Assembly: GCA_964642475.1 (NCBI GenBank)
Contig: CAZXRC010000004.1
Coordinates: 4,604 to 68,603, forward strand
Origin: an uncultured Gemmatimonadaceae bacterium
GTDB lineage: Bacteria; Gemmatimonadota; Gemmatimonadetes; Gemmatimonadales; GWC2-71-9
DNA: 64,000 nucleotides
Reading direction: 5' to 3'
The notes under the pieces: model-generated
What the model was told of the DNA's origin: nothing
Seen by the model: the letters and a program-made list of their open reading frames with translations, nothing else
Databases searched by the model: none
In this document: positions 37,977 to 46,368 of the stretch, piece after piece
Layout of the letters: each line of letters starts with the position of its first letter
Numbering within the stretch: position 1 is the stretch's first letter
Position numbers and translations under genes: made by a program

Positions 37977-38404
37977 GGCGGCGACGGCCACGAGGTCGCC
38001 TCAGAAGGTGGCGGCGGCGTCCCCCGGTGGCAGGGGGATCTTGGCGGGCGGATCCTCGCCGCGGAGGACGGCGATGGTGCTCCCCTGGCCCCTGGAGTCC
38101 GCGAGGAGGGCGGAGCCGCGGGTGCCGTACAGCTCGCGAGGCCGGTCCGGGAGCCTGGCTTCGAACCGATCGGGCGCCGAAGCGCGGGGAGCGGGGCGGC
38201 GGACCGCCAGCCCCACGGCTCGAGCCGCGGCACGCGGTAGAGCTCGGCGGTGCCTCCGGCGGCCACCAGTCTCAGCAGACTCGAGGGCGGGGTAGTGGCG
38301 GCGACGGAGAGACCGCGGTAGGGCTGGAGGCCGGACCGGCAGGCGAGGACGAGCGCAATCGCGGCGGCCAGAATGGGGCGTCTGGGCACGCCGGAAAGTA
38401 GCGG
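37977..38404 (-). pseudogene. decayed partial copy of the 5' end of the SPOR lipoprotein gene (31892-33271)
   Basis: Hand alignment to 32663-33286 gives near identity over the first ~230 nt (including the GTG start and the signal peptide VPRRPILAAAIALVLAC). There is a ~196-nt internal deletion (frame-shifting) at a GAAGCGC microhomology. The distal ~190 nt carry about a dozen substitutions. Confidence 0.75.
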
Positions 38405-38705
38405 TCCCTGGTGGGGGACGAAAGCGCTTGCGGCGGCGGTCTGCGGTCCGAGCGAGCCCGGGATCGGCGCGTCGTCACCGCGGCACCTGTGGGTGTTGCG
38501 CTCGGGGCGAGGGGGACCGCTTCGCGGGCCTGAAGTTCCCTCTTCGCGAAAATCCTCAAAGGGGACGGGCTCACTTAGGCGAACGAGCGCCATCTGGAGC
38601 GAAGCGCGGCTCGGCGCGCAGGGATCCATTCAGGGCCCGCTCCGCTTACCCCTCGCCCCTCGCGCACGCGGCCGGCTTTCGCGACCAGCCGCCCGCCCGC
38701 CCGCC

Positions 38706-41700
38706 TTAGAACACCGGCCCCAGGCTCAGCGTCCAGTACCCGCCGATCGCCCGACGCTCCTGCGGGATCGAGTAGTCCAGCCGCAGAATCACGAAGCCGA
38801 ACAGGTTCATCCGGACCGAGGCACCGAGGGTCTGGAGCGGCGTCCGCACCGTGGTGGCGTTGTCGCTCGCGCTCCGGCTCCACTTGAGCTTGTCTCCCTC
38901 GTTCCAGGTGAGCCCGACGTCGTAGAACAGGGCCCCCTCGATGGGGGGGAAGGCGGCCGGCAGGATGTGCATGTCCGGCGTGAGGATGGGGAAGCGAAGT
39001 TCGGCCGAGCCGACGGCGAGCTGGGTGCCGACCAGGCGATCGAGCTCGACGCAGCCGGTCTCGGTGTTGGGATCGGTGGTCCGGCACTCGTTGCGGTAGT
39101 AGCTGCCCGACGTGTTCCCTCGCAGGAGGTCGGTGCTGCCGAGGAAGATCCGGAACCGCTCGGCGTCGCGGCCGATCCGGCCGAAGTAGAGGCCGCGGGT
39201 GGCCAGCGTGATGGGCCCGAGGAGCTTGTCGTAGCGCCGGTAGTCCACCAGCCCCTCGAAGTAGCGCCAGCCGCCGATGGTCTGCGAGGCCGACAGACGC
39301 CACCGCCGCCCGTAGAACGGGCCCACCCATCCCGGCAGAGAATTGTCGAACGTCATGGCTAGCGATGGAGCGACGTAACTCGCCCCGGGGAGGCTGACTT
39401 CCCGGGAGAAGGGATTGTCGGTCGCGACCCCGGTCCTCCGGTTATACGGCTCGAAGATCGACTGGAGCCGGTCACTGATCGTGGTGGCCTCGAGCCCCAG
39501 CTCGATCCGCTGGAATCGGCTCAGCGGGTAGTAGCCGAACCCCTGTACCGACCGGGCCACGATCCGGCGGAGGTTGGTGACGAAGATGGCACCGTCGGGA
39601 GTGGTGGTGTCCGGGAGAACATCGCTCGGCTCCAGGAAGTAGTAGGGCTCCTGGCCGACGGCGACCGCCCAGTTCATCCGGTGGGTCTGGTTGATGTACG
39701 CCGCGTTGACCATCGCCTCGCTGATCCGGCCGTTGACGAACGCCCCGAAGACCAGGGTGTGGTTGCCGAGGATATCGGAGAGCGAGATCGCGCTGCCGCC
39801 GTAGAACCCGCGGCCGAAGTTGTCGCGGGTATAGCCGATGGTCGGCCGGGCGATATAGTCGGGCTGGAACTTGACCTTGTACTTCCCGGTGCTGAACTCG
39901 GCGGTGTCGGGAAGCGGCACGTCGACCGAGTCGAGCAGCGCCGAGATGGTGAGTGGCCGCAGAGTCGAGTCGGTGACGGCCGGGGTCGAATCGGCCTGCC
40001 GGAAGCCACCCCGGGTCACGTAGATCGAGCCGGAAGAGACCAGCGGACTGGGGGCGGTATCCGGGACGACCCGCGGATTAGTGATGGCGGAGTCGCGCGG
40101 CTGGTCGGGCACCACCGTGGGGTTGGTGATGGCGGAGTCGCGTGCAGGGTGGTCAGGAATCACCTGGGGGTTGGTGATAGCCGAGTCGCGAAGCGCCAGG
40201 GCCGGCCGCCGCCAGGGCTCCTGCTTGTGTGAGCGGGGATCGGCGATCTCGTACACGTCAAAGACGTTTCGGGCGTAGTACACGAACGCCAGCCGGTCGG
40301 CCTGGCGGGCCCAGGAGATGACCGGCGAGAGCGGGGTGATGCCCTGGGCCCCGGTGAACAGGTCGGTGATCTGGTACGACTGCTGCTCGCGGACATCGTA
40401 GAGGTAGATGTTGCTCACGCCGTTACGGTCGGAGACGTAGGCCAGTTCCTGTCCGTCGGGCGACCACTGGGGGTTCACGTTCTTGCCCAGGTCCATGCCC
40501 GGCAGGGTCTCGATCCGCGAGGTCGCGACGTCGAAGGTCGCGATCTTCATGTTGCCGATCTTGAGGGTGCCGAAGTCGGTATCCGGCCCGCGGTCCGTGG
40601 CGAACGCGATGGTCCGGCCGTCGGGCGAGAAGACCGGATGCAGGTCGGCGTAGCGATCGTTGGTGAGGCGGCGGAGGTCGCTGCCGTTCACGTTGATCAG
40701 GTACAGATCGGAGATGCCGCCGTCGTATCCGGTGAAGACCAGCTGCTTGCCGTCGGGGCTCCACGAGGGCGTGGTGATGCCGTTGAGCTTGACCTTGATC
40801 CGGCGCTCTTCCCGGTTATGCTCGACGTCGATGATCAGGATGACGTCCCGTGGGCCGCTCTTGGCAGCGACCGCGATCTTCTTCCCGTCGGGCGACCAGC
40901 TGGCCGCCGAGGTGATGAACCGGAAGGTCTCGTAGTTGCTGCTGTAGGACGACTTGAGCAGCCGCCGCTTGACCTTGCCGGTGCTCGCATCGGCCAGGTA
41001 GAGGTCGATGAAGTAGAAATCCTTCTCCGAAAAGAACGCCACCTGCTTTCCGTCGGGCGAGAGAGCCGGCGAGAGGTGATAGGTGCCTTCGGACTTCGGC
41101 TCGCTCAGCATCTCCCGGGCGATGTCCCGGGCGCGCCGGCGGGTGCCCACCTCCGGCAGGTAGGTCTGCTGGATGTGCGCCTTCCAGAGGTCGGAGAGCT
41201 GGCGATAGTCCACCCCGATCACGCGCCGGATCGAGCCCTCGAGTCCGCCCCCGCCGGCGAGGGTGCCCTGCATGATCGCGCCGATGGCCTCGTCACCCCA
41301 GCGCTGGCCGATGAAGGCGAGCAGCGCCTGGCCGTAGCGGTAGGGGAAGACCCGGGGATCGTTCTCCAGCTGGTGGATCGTGGGGATCTTGCCTTCGAAC
41401 GCGGCATCCCGCAGCCACATGGCGGTGTTGGGATCGACCCCGCCGAGGGAGAGATACTCCGCCATGCCTTCCACGAACCAGAGCGGCGGATTCACATTGA
41501 TGATGGTCTGGATGCCGGCGCCGGCCCGGCCGCGGCTCCAGATGTCGTACTGGAACTGGTGCACCATTTCATGCTGCAGCACGTGCTCCAGCTCCTCGTA
41601 GGAGCCGGTGAACGGCAGGATGATCCGCTGCTTGAAGAAGTCCGTGACGCCGCCGGTGCCTTCGCTCGGCTGCTCCCCCCCCAGCGCATTGGTCTGCTGG

Positions 41701-41981
41701 AAGTCGGAGTGGGAGGCGTAGAGCAGGATCGGCTTGCGCTCCCGGTACTCGTGACGGAGGATTTTGGAGAGCCGCTGATAGGAGCGCTCCGCCATCCGGG
41801 CCGCGTCCAGGGTGGCTTCGCGGGCTTCGGGATAGAAATAGACGTCGAAGTGCTCGGTCTTGAGCACCTGGAAGTTGAAGGCGCGATACTGGACCTTGTT
41901 CTGTCCGAAGTAGCCCTGCGCGGAAAGCCCGGCGGGAGCGACAGCCAGAAGGAACAGCGCGAGCGCGGAACGACGCATCAT
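38706..41981 (-). CDS. giant outer-membrane protein: peptidase-MA-like (HExxH) domain + PD40/TolB-type beta-propellers + C-terminal beta-barrel
   Basis: ATG 41981 (MMRRSALALFLLAVAPAGLSAQ). HEMVHQF zinc-peptidase-like motif. Five SPDG[KRQ] PD40 repeats. Repeat linker. C-terminal region ends in ...LDYSIPQERRAIGGYWTLSLGPVF (terminal Phe, typical OMP beta-signal). Confidence 0.8.
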   Translation of the reverse strand: MMRRSALALFLLAVAPAGLSAQGYFGQNKVQYRAFNFQVLKTEHFDVYFYPEAREATLDAARMAERSYQRLSKILRHEYRERKPILLYASHSDFQQTNALGGEQPSEGTGGVTDFFKQRIILPFTGSYEELEHVLQHEMVHQFQYDIWSRGRAGAGIQTIINVNPPLWFVEGMAEYLSLGGVDPNTAMWLRDAAFEGKIPTIHQLENDPRVFPYRYGQALLAFIGQRWGDEAIGAIMQGTLAGGGGLEGSIRRVIGVDYRQLSDLWKAHIQQTYLPEVGTRRRARDIAREMLSEPKSEGTYHLSPALSPDGKQVAFFSEKDFYFIDLYLADASTGKVKRRLLKSSYSSNYETFRFITSAASWSPDGKKIAVAAKSGPRDVILIIDVEHNREERRIKVKLNGITTPSWSPDGKQLVFTGYDGGISDLYLINVNGSDLRRLTNDRYADLHPVFSPDGRTIAFATDRGPDTDFGTLKIGNMKIATFDVATSRIETLPGMDLGKNVNPQWSPDGQELAYVSDRNGVSNIYLYDVREQQSYQITDLFTGAQGITPLSPVISWARQADRLAFVYYARNVFDVYEIADPRSHKQEPWRRPALALRDSAITNPQVIPDHPARDSAITNPTVVPDQPRDSAITNPRVVPDTAPSPLVSSGSIYVTRGGFRQADSTPAVTDSTLRPLTISALLDSVDVPLPDTAEFSTGKYKVKFQPDYIARPTIGYTRDNFGRGFYGGSAISLSDILGNHTLVFGAFVNGRISEAMVNAAYINQTHRMNWAVAVGQEPYYFLEPSDVLPDTTTPDGAIFVTNLRRIVARSVQGFGYYPLSRFQRIELGLEATTISDRLQSIFEPYNRRTGVATDNPFSREVSLPGASYVAPSLAMTFDNSLPGWVGPFYGRRWRLSASQTIGGWRYFEGLVDYRRYDKLLGPITLATRGLYFGRIGRDAERFRIFLGSTDLLRGNTSGSYYRNECRTTDPNTETGCVELDRLVGTQLAVGSAELRFPILTPDMHILPAAFPPIEGALFYDVGLTWNEGDKLKWSRSASDNATTVRTPLQTLGASVRMNLFGFVILRLDYSIPQERRAIGGYWTLSLGPVF
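40072..40195 (-). repeat. three in-frame tandem repeats (45-48 nt) encoding RDSAITNPxV[IV]PD
   Basis: GTGATGGCGGAGTCGCG recurs at 40081 and 40126, with a variant at 40174. The protein reads RDSAITNPQVIPDHPARDSAITNPTVVPDQPRDSAITNPRVVPD. Confidence 0.85.
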
Positions 41982-41994
41982 GACACCTGCCGGT

Positions 41995-42339
41995 TCAGGC
42001 GCCGGGGTTGATCTCCGGCGCATCACTCCAGAGCCGCTCCAGCTGATAGAAGCTGCGAGTCTCCGGATGAAAGAGGTGGACGACGAAGTCCACGAAATCG
42101 AGCAACACCCAGCGGCCTGCGGGGAGGCCTTCGACGTGATGGGCCCGGGCACCCTTGCGATGCAGCTTCTCCACCACCGAGTCGGCAATGCCCCGGACGT
42201 GCGCATCCGAAGTGCCCGAGGCGATGATGAAGTAGTCGGTCGCCTCGCTCAGCCCCCGGAGGTCGAGGACCCGGACTTCCCGGCCCCGCAGGTCCTCGAT
42301 CGCCGCGACCGCCGCCTTCACCCCGTCGCGCGGGGTCAC
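41995..42339 (-). CDS. rsfS: ribosome silencing factor
   Basis: DYFIIASGTSDAHVRGIADSVVEKL...WVLLDFVDFVVHLFHPETRSFYQLERLW. Confidence 0.85.
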   Translation of the reverse strand: MTPRDGVKAAVAAIEDLRGREVRVLDLRGLSEATDYFIIASGTSDAHVRGIADSVVEKLHRKGARAHHVEGLPAGRWVLLDFVDFVVHLFHPETRSFYQLERLWSDAPEINPGA

Positions 42340-44174
42340 GGGCCGGTCCCGGGGGGGACGTGCGTCGGCGAGCCGTCCTCCACCTGCCAGAACACGCCCC
42401 AGGCCCCAAACCCTACGTGCGTTCCCAGCACACCGGTTGCCAGGGAGACGAAACAGTCGCGGGGCCGGTAGGCCGCCACCAGCGCGGCCCGGAGCCGCTC
42501 CGCAATGTCCGGGGCCTCCGCGTGGACGATGCCGAACCGCACCGTCTGGGGGCGGGGGGAGAGCCGGCGCTCCAGCAGGCTCAACACCCGGGGAACCACG
42601 TTCTTCCGTCCCCGCACCCGGTCGACCGGGATGATCCCGCCCTGGTCATCGAGGGAGAGGATCGGCTTCACGTCCAACATGCCGGCAATCAGGGCCTTGC
42701 CGCGGGTCACCCGGCCGGAGCGGAGCAGGTTGTCGAACCGGTCGACCGTAATAAAGCAGCCCGACTGCCTGCGGATCCGGCGCAATTCGTCCCCGATCGC
42801 CCGGGCGGGCCACCCTGACTCGGCCAATTCGGCGCCCCGCAGGGCCAGGAGGCCGAGCCCCAGGGAGGCGGTGGCACTGTCGACGAACTCCACCTTGTCG
42901 ATTCCGGCCGCCCGGCCCGCCGCGACGCCGGACTGGAACGTCCCCGACAGCCGCGAGGCCAGGAGCACCGCCACCACTTCATCGGCTTCGGCCCGGGCAT
43001 CCCGCAGCACTCGCACGAAGTCGGCCGGCGTCGGCTGGGAGGTGGTGGGGTTCACCTTCGACACCCGCATCCGCTGGTAAAACTCCTCCCCCTTCAACTG
43101 TACCCGGTCGCGATAGGTCTGATCTCCGAACATCACCTGGAGCGGGATCAGGGCGATGTGATGCCGGTCCAGGACCGCATCGGGAAGGTCGGCCGAGGAG
43201 TCGGCGACGATCGCCACCGGGCGGCGGGTGCCGTGGGCCAGCCGCCGGTGCTGCGCCCGCATGTCCTCGGCCTTGGTCGCTTCGAGGGAACCCCACCGGG
43301 CCGCGAAAGTAAAGACGGCCTCCGGGGCATCGGTGTGCACATGGATCTTGAGCAGATCCCCGGCGAGGACCACCTGGACCGACCCCCCGAAATTGCGGAT
43401 GGCCGACCGGACGTCGTTGGCCGGGGGCAACTGCTCCCCTCGGACCATGACCTCGGTGCAGTACTGGAAGTCGCGCTCGGCGGCGACCTCCACCATGGCG
43501 GCGGGAGCGAGCTCGGCGGGCTCCTCGGTCAAGGCGATCGGGAGGATGGGGTCGCCCTCGATGTAGCGCACGACCCCTTCCAGCATCCGGACGAACCCCT
43601 TGCCGCCGGCGTCAACCACCCCCGCTTCCTTGAGGACGGCCATCAACTCGGGGGTGCGGGCGAGAGCCAGCTCCCCTTCGTGCAGGAGCCGGGCCATGAA
43701 GACCGAGATGTCGGGAGAATCGGCGGCGGCGCGCTGCGCCGCTTCGGCGGCCTCGCGGGCGACCGTGAGGATGGTGCCTTCCCGGGGATCGTCGAGCGAG
43801 CTGTAGAGCCGCTCCGCCCCCACCCGGACCGCCTCGGCCACCTCCTGGGCGGTGGCCTGCTCCCGGTTGCCGATCGAATCGGCGAAGCCCAGGAGGAAGT
43901 GGGCCAGCATCATCCCGGAATTGCCCCGGGCGCCGAGTACGGCACCGCGCGCCGCGGTCCGGGCGGTGACGGCCAGCGGCGCATCGCCCAGGGCCCGAAG
44001 TGCGTCGGCGACGGCGCGGAGGGTCAGGCTGAAGTTGGTGCCGGTATCCCCGTCGGGAACGGGGAAGACATTGATCCGGTTGATCTCCTCCCGACCGGCG
44101 GCTACCCAGTCGGCGGCCGCGAGGAGCGACCGTGCCAGCCGGGCGCCGTCGATATACCGGATGCCAACGGTCAT
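42336..44174 (-). CDS. DAK2 (DhaL-like) domain fused to a DegV-family domain
   Basis: The N-terminus has the DhaL/Dak2 pattern (VFPVPDGDTGTNF, GARGNSG). The C-terminal half is DegV-like (VAIVADSSADLP...IALIPLQVMFGDQTYRD...TSQPTPADF). Confidence 0.8.
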   Translation of the reverse strand: MTVGIRYIDGARLARSLLAAADWVAAGREEINRINVFPVPDGDTGTNFSLTLRAVADALRALGDAPLAVTARTAARGAVLGARGNSGMMLAHFLLGFADSIGNREQATAQEVAEAVRVGAERLYSSLDDPREGTILTVAREAAEAAQRAAADSPDISVFMARLLHEGELALARTPELMAVLKEAGVVDAGGKGFVRMLEGVVRYIEGDPILPIALTEEPAELAPAAMVEVAAERDFQYCTEVMVRGEQLPPANDVRSAIRNFGGSVQVVLAGDLLKIHVHTDAPEAVFTFAARWGSLEATKAEDMRAQHRRLAHGTRRPVAIVADSSADLPDAVLDRHHIALIPLQVMFGDQTYRDRVQLKGEEFYQRMRVSKVNPTTSQPTPADFVRVLRDARAEADEVVAVLLASRLSGTFQSGVAAGRAAGIDKVEFVDSATASLGLGLLALRGAELAESGWPARAIGDELRRIRRQSGCFITVDRFDNLLRSGRVTRGKALIAGMLDVKPILSLDDQGGIIPVDRVRGRKNVVPRVLSLLERRLSPRPQTVRFGIVHAEAPDIAERLRAALVAAYRPRDCFVSLATGVLGTHVGFGAWGVFWQVEDGSPTHVPPGTGP

Positions 44175-44184
44175 GCGACGGAGC

Positions 44185-44628
44185 TTACTCCGCCGCCACC
44201 GTTACGCGAACCTCGGCGATCACCTCGGGATGGAGCCGCACCGGCACGGTGTGCTGGCCGATGGTCTTGATCGGGTGATCCAGCTCGATCTTCCGCTTGT
44301 CCACCGGGTGCCCCGCCGCGGCCAGCGCGTCGGCCAGATCCTGAGCGGTAATGGACCCGAAGAGTCGGTCGCCCTCCCCGGCCTTGCGGCTCAACGTCAG
44401 GGACACGGTGCCGAGCTTGGCGGCCAGGGCCCGGGCCTCTCCGGCTTCCTGCTCCAGCCGGGCACTCCGGGCCTTGGATTCGGCCTGGATCCGCTTCCGG
44501 TTACCCTCGGTGGCTTCGTAGGCGAGGCCCTTGGGCAAGAGGTAGTTCCGGGCATAGCCCGGCTTCACCTTCACCAGCTCGCCCGCCTTGCCCAGCGTCT
44601 TGATGTCTTCCCGGAGAATGACTTCCAT
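44185..44628 (-). CDS. rplI: 50S ribosomal protein L9
   Basis: MEVILREDIKTLGKAGELVKVKPGYARNYLLPKGLA. Confidence 0.95.
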   Translation of the reverse strand: MEVILREDIKTLGKAGELVKVKPGYARNYLLPKGLAYEATEGNRKRIQAESKARSARLEQEAGEARALAAKLGTVSLTLSRKAGEGDRLFGSITAQDLADALAAAGHPVDKRKIELDHPIKTIGQHTVPVRLHPEVIAEVRVTVAAE

Positions 44629-44631
44629 CGC

Positions 44632-45525
44632 TTACTCCCTTGTCTGATCGGCGGGCCGGAAGCGCCGCCGGAAATCCACCCAGGTATCGGCCAGGCCGAA
44701 GGCGAACCATCCACCCAGCGCGACCGGCAGAATGAACAGCATGCCCACCCCCACCACTACCAGGACGAAGGTGGGGAACGCGGCGATCGAACCCCAGGTA
44801 ATCGCGGCCCCCCGGGCGACGTAGAGTCCACCCATGGCGACCAGCAGGTTGGCGAACAGGTCCTGGGCCGGGTCAGGGACCGGGATCACGAACACCGCGA
44901 TCGACAGCACCACCAGCCAGACCAGCTGATCGTTGAACCGGAATTCCGCGAAGGTCTGGACCGGTTGCCCCAGCGGCCTGGCCGCCAGGCGATGATACCA
45001 GCTCCAGGCGATCGCGAGGCCGGGGAGCACCTTGAGCACCAGCACCGCCGGGAGCAGGGCCGAGCTGGCCGCTACCATATCGCTCATGGCGTTCACGAAC
45101 GCCGTCACCGACTCCTGCTGGTCGGCCGGGAGCGTCTGGCCCCAGGCCTGCACGGTGCGGCAGACTTCCCAGCCCTGGTGGAGCGCCGCCAGCTGGATGT
45201 CGTGCCAGCCGGTCCCCAGGACATCGATCCACACGCTCACCAGCCCGAGGGCCAGCACCGTGGCGCCGAGGGCGCCGGCCACCACGCCGGTCCGGACGAA
45301 CAGCATCAGGATCACGAAGCCAGCGGTGACCACGAGGGCCCAGGCATACTCTGCCTGCATCGCCAGTCCGCCGGGCCGGGTGAGCGACAGCGCCAGCCAG
45401 AGCCCGGCGGCCCCGATCCAGCCCCACTCTCTCGCGGTGGAGGGGCGGGATGCCAGCAGCAGGGCCGCCAGCGGTCCCAGGACGAACAGGGGCGGGAAGA
45501 GGAGCAGGTATCCCGCCAACAGCAC
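44632..45525 (-). CDS. multi-pass membrane protein, DUF2232/YybS-like
   Basis: About 8 hydrophobic segments. The position immediately upstream of rplI matches the yybS context known from Firmicutes. Family call is tentative. Confidence 0.55.
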   Translation of the reverse strand: MLLAGYLLLFPPLFVLGPLAALLLASRPSTAREWGWIGAAGLWLALSLTRPGGLAMQAEYAWALVVTAGFVILMLFVRTGVVAGALGATVLALGLVSVWIDVLGTGWHDIQLAALHQGWEVCRTVQAWGQTLPADQQESVTAFVNAMSDMVAASSALLPAVLVLKVLPGLAIAWSWYHRLAARPLGQPVQTFAEFRFNDQLVWLVVLSIAVFVIPVPDPAQDLFANLLVAMGGLYVARGAAITWGSIAAFPTFVLVVVGVGMLFILPVALGGWFAFGLADTWVDFRRRFRPADQTRE

Positions 45526-45569
45526 CAGTGCCCGCCACGTGACCGGTGGTCGCGCGGGGGCGGAGACCG

Positions 45570-45791
45570 TCAGCTCGCGCCCCGCTTCACATAGGGCAGG
45601 AGCGCCAGGTAGCGGGCGCGCTTGATAGCCACGCTGAGCTGACGCTGGTGCCGCGCGGTGATTCCCGAGAGCCGCGCGGGCAGGATCTTGCCACGCTCGG
45701 TGAGGAACCGCTGGAGCATCTTCTCGTCCTTGTAATCGATGTACCGGATGCCGGCTTCGGCGAGCGGGTCACCCTTCTTCATGCGCTTCAT
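45570..45791 (-). CDS. rpsR: 30S ribosomal protein S18
   Basis: [50 protein letters not shown]. Confidence 0.95.
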   Translation of the reverse strand: MKRMKKGDPLAEAGIRYIDYKDEKMLQRFLTERGKILPARLSGITARHQRQLSVAIKRARYLALLPYVKRGAS

Positions 45792-46132
45792 TCGTCGTCC
45801 TCCTCCATCTTGCGGTCCGTCAGGTCGCGGCTCGGCGTGTAGTCGTGCTCGTTGACGACCACCAGGAAGCGGAGCACCCCGTCGTCGAGCTTGATGGCAC
45901 GCTCGAACTCGGGGAGGGCCGCGGCCTTGGCCTCGAAATTGGCAATGACGTAGTAGCCGGTCTCCCGCTTCTTGATCGGGTAGGCCAGAGTGCGCTTGCC
46001 CCAGTGGTTCACCTTGATGGTGTCCTCACCGGGCTGCTGAATGAGTGCGTGGAAGCGAGCGAGCTTTTCGTTGATGGCGGTCTCTTCGAGGGCACTGTCG
46101 AAGATATAAACCGCCTCGTACTGACGGGGCAT
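45788..46132 (-). CDS. rpsF: 30S ribosomal protein S6
   Basis: [15 protein letters not shown]...[13 protein letters not shown]; acidic tail. ATGA overlap with rpsR. Confidence 0.95.
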   Translation of the reverse strand: MPRQYEAVYIFDSALEETAINEKLARFHALIQQPGEDTIKVNHWGKRTLAYPIKKRETGYYVIANFEAKAAALPEFERAIKLDDGVLRFLVVVNEHDYTPSRDLTDRKMEEDDE

Positions 46133-46233
46133 GTCACCTTCCTTTGGTCTTGGCGCCCCGACCCTGGTGAGGGGTACGGGGAGGAGGAATGTTGGGGCGG
46201 GAAACGTAGCCGGGAGAAGGGGTTAGGGCAAGG

Positions 46234-46270
46234 GTCGGACAGTCGGAGGGCCGGACGGTCGGACGGGGGA
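46234..46270. repeat. octamer tandem repeat (GTCGGACR-like x4) upstream of rpsF
   Basis: GTCGGACA GTCGGAGG GCCGGACG GTCGGACG GGGGA. Confidence 0.7.
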
Positions 46271-46368
46271 CGGTGGGTACTCAAGGGCAGGGGCGACTTG
46301 CGTGCGCCCGCAGGTAGGGCATGTTGGGTCAGTGGATCCAGAGCCGCCTCCTCTCCAGGAGTCCCCCC

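Noticed and set aside
38405-38705. 300-nt non-coding stretch after the giant OMP gene, checked for tmRNA, SRP RNA, RNase P RNA or 6S RNA
   Set aside because: No conserved core motifs of these RNAs were recognised, and no clear promoter/terminator pair was found. It probably holds the 3' UTR plus the original upstream region of the duplicated lipoprotein gene.
38373-39362. 329-aa plus-strand ORF overlapping the pseudogene edge and the OMP gene 3' end
   Set aside because: It is antisense to the beta-barrel-coding region, of low-complexity composition, and has no motifs.
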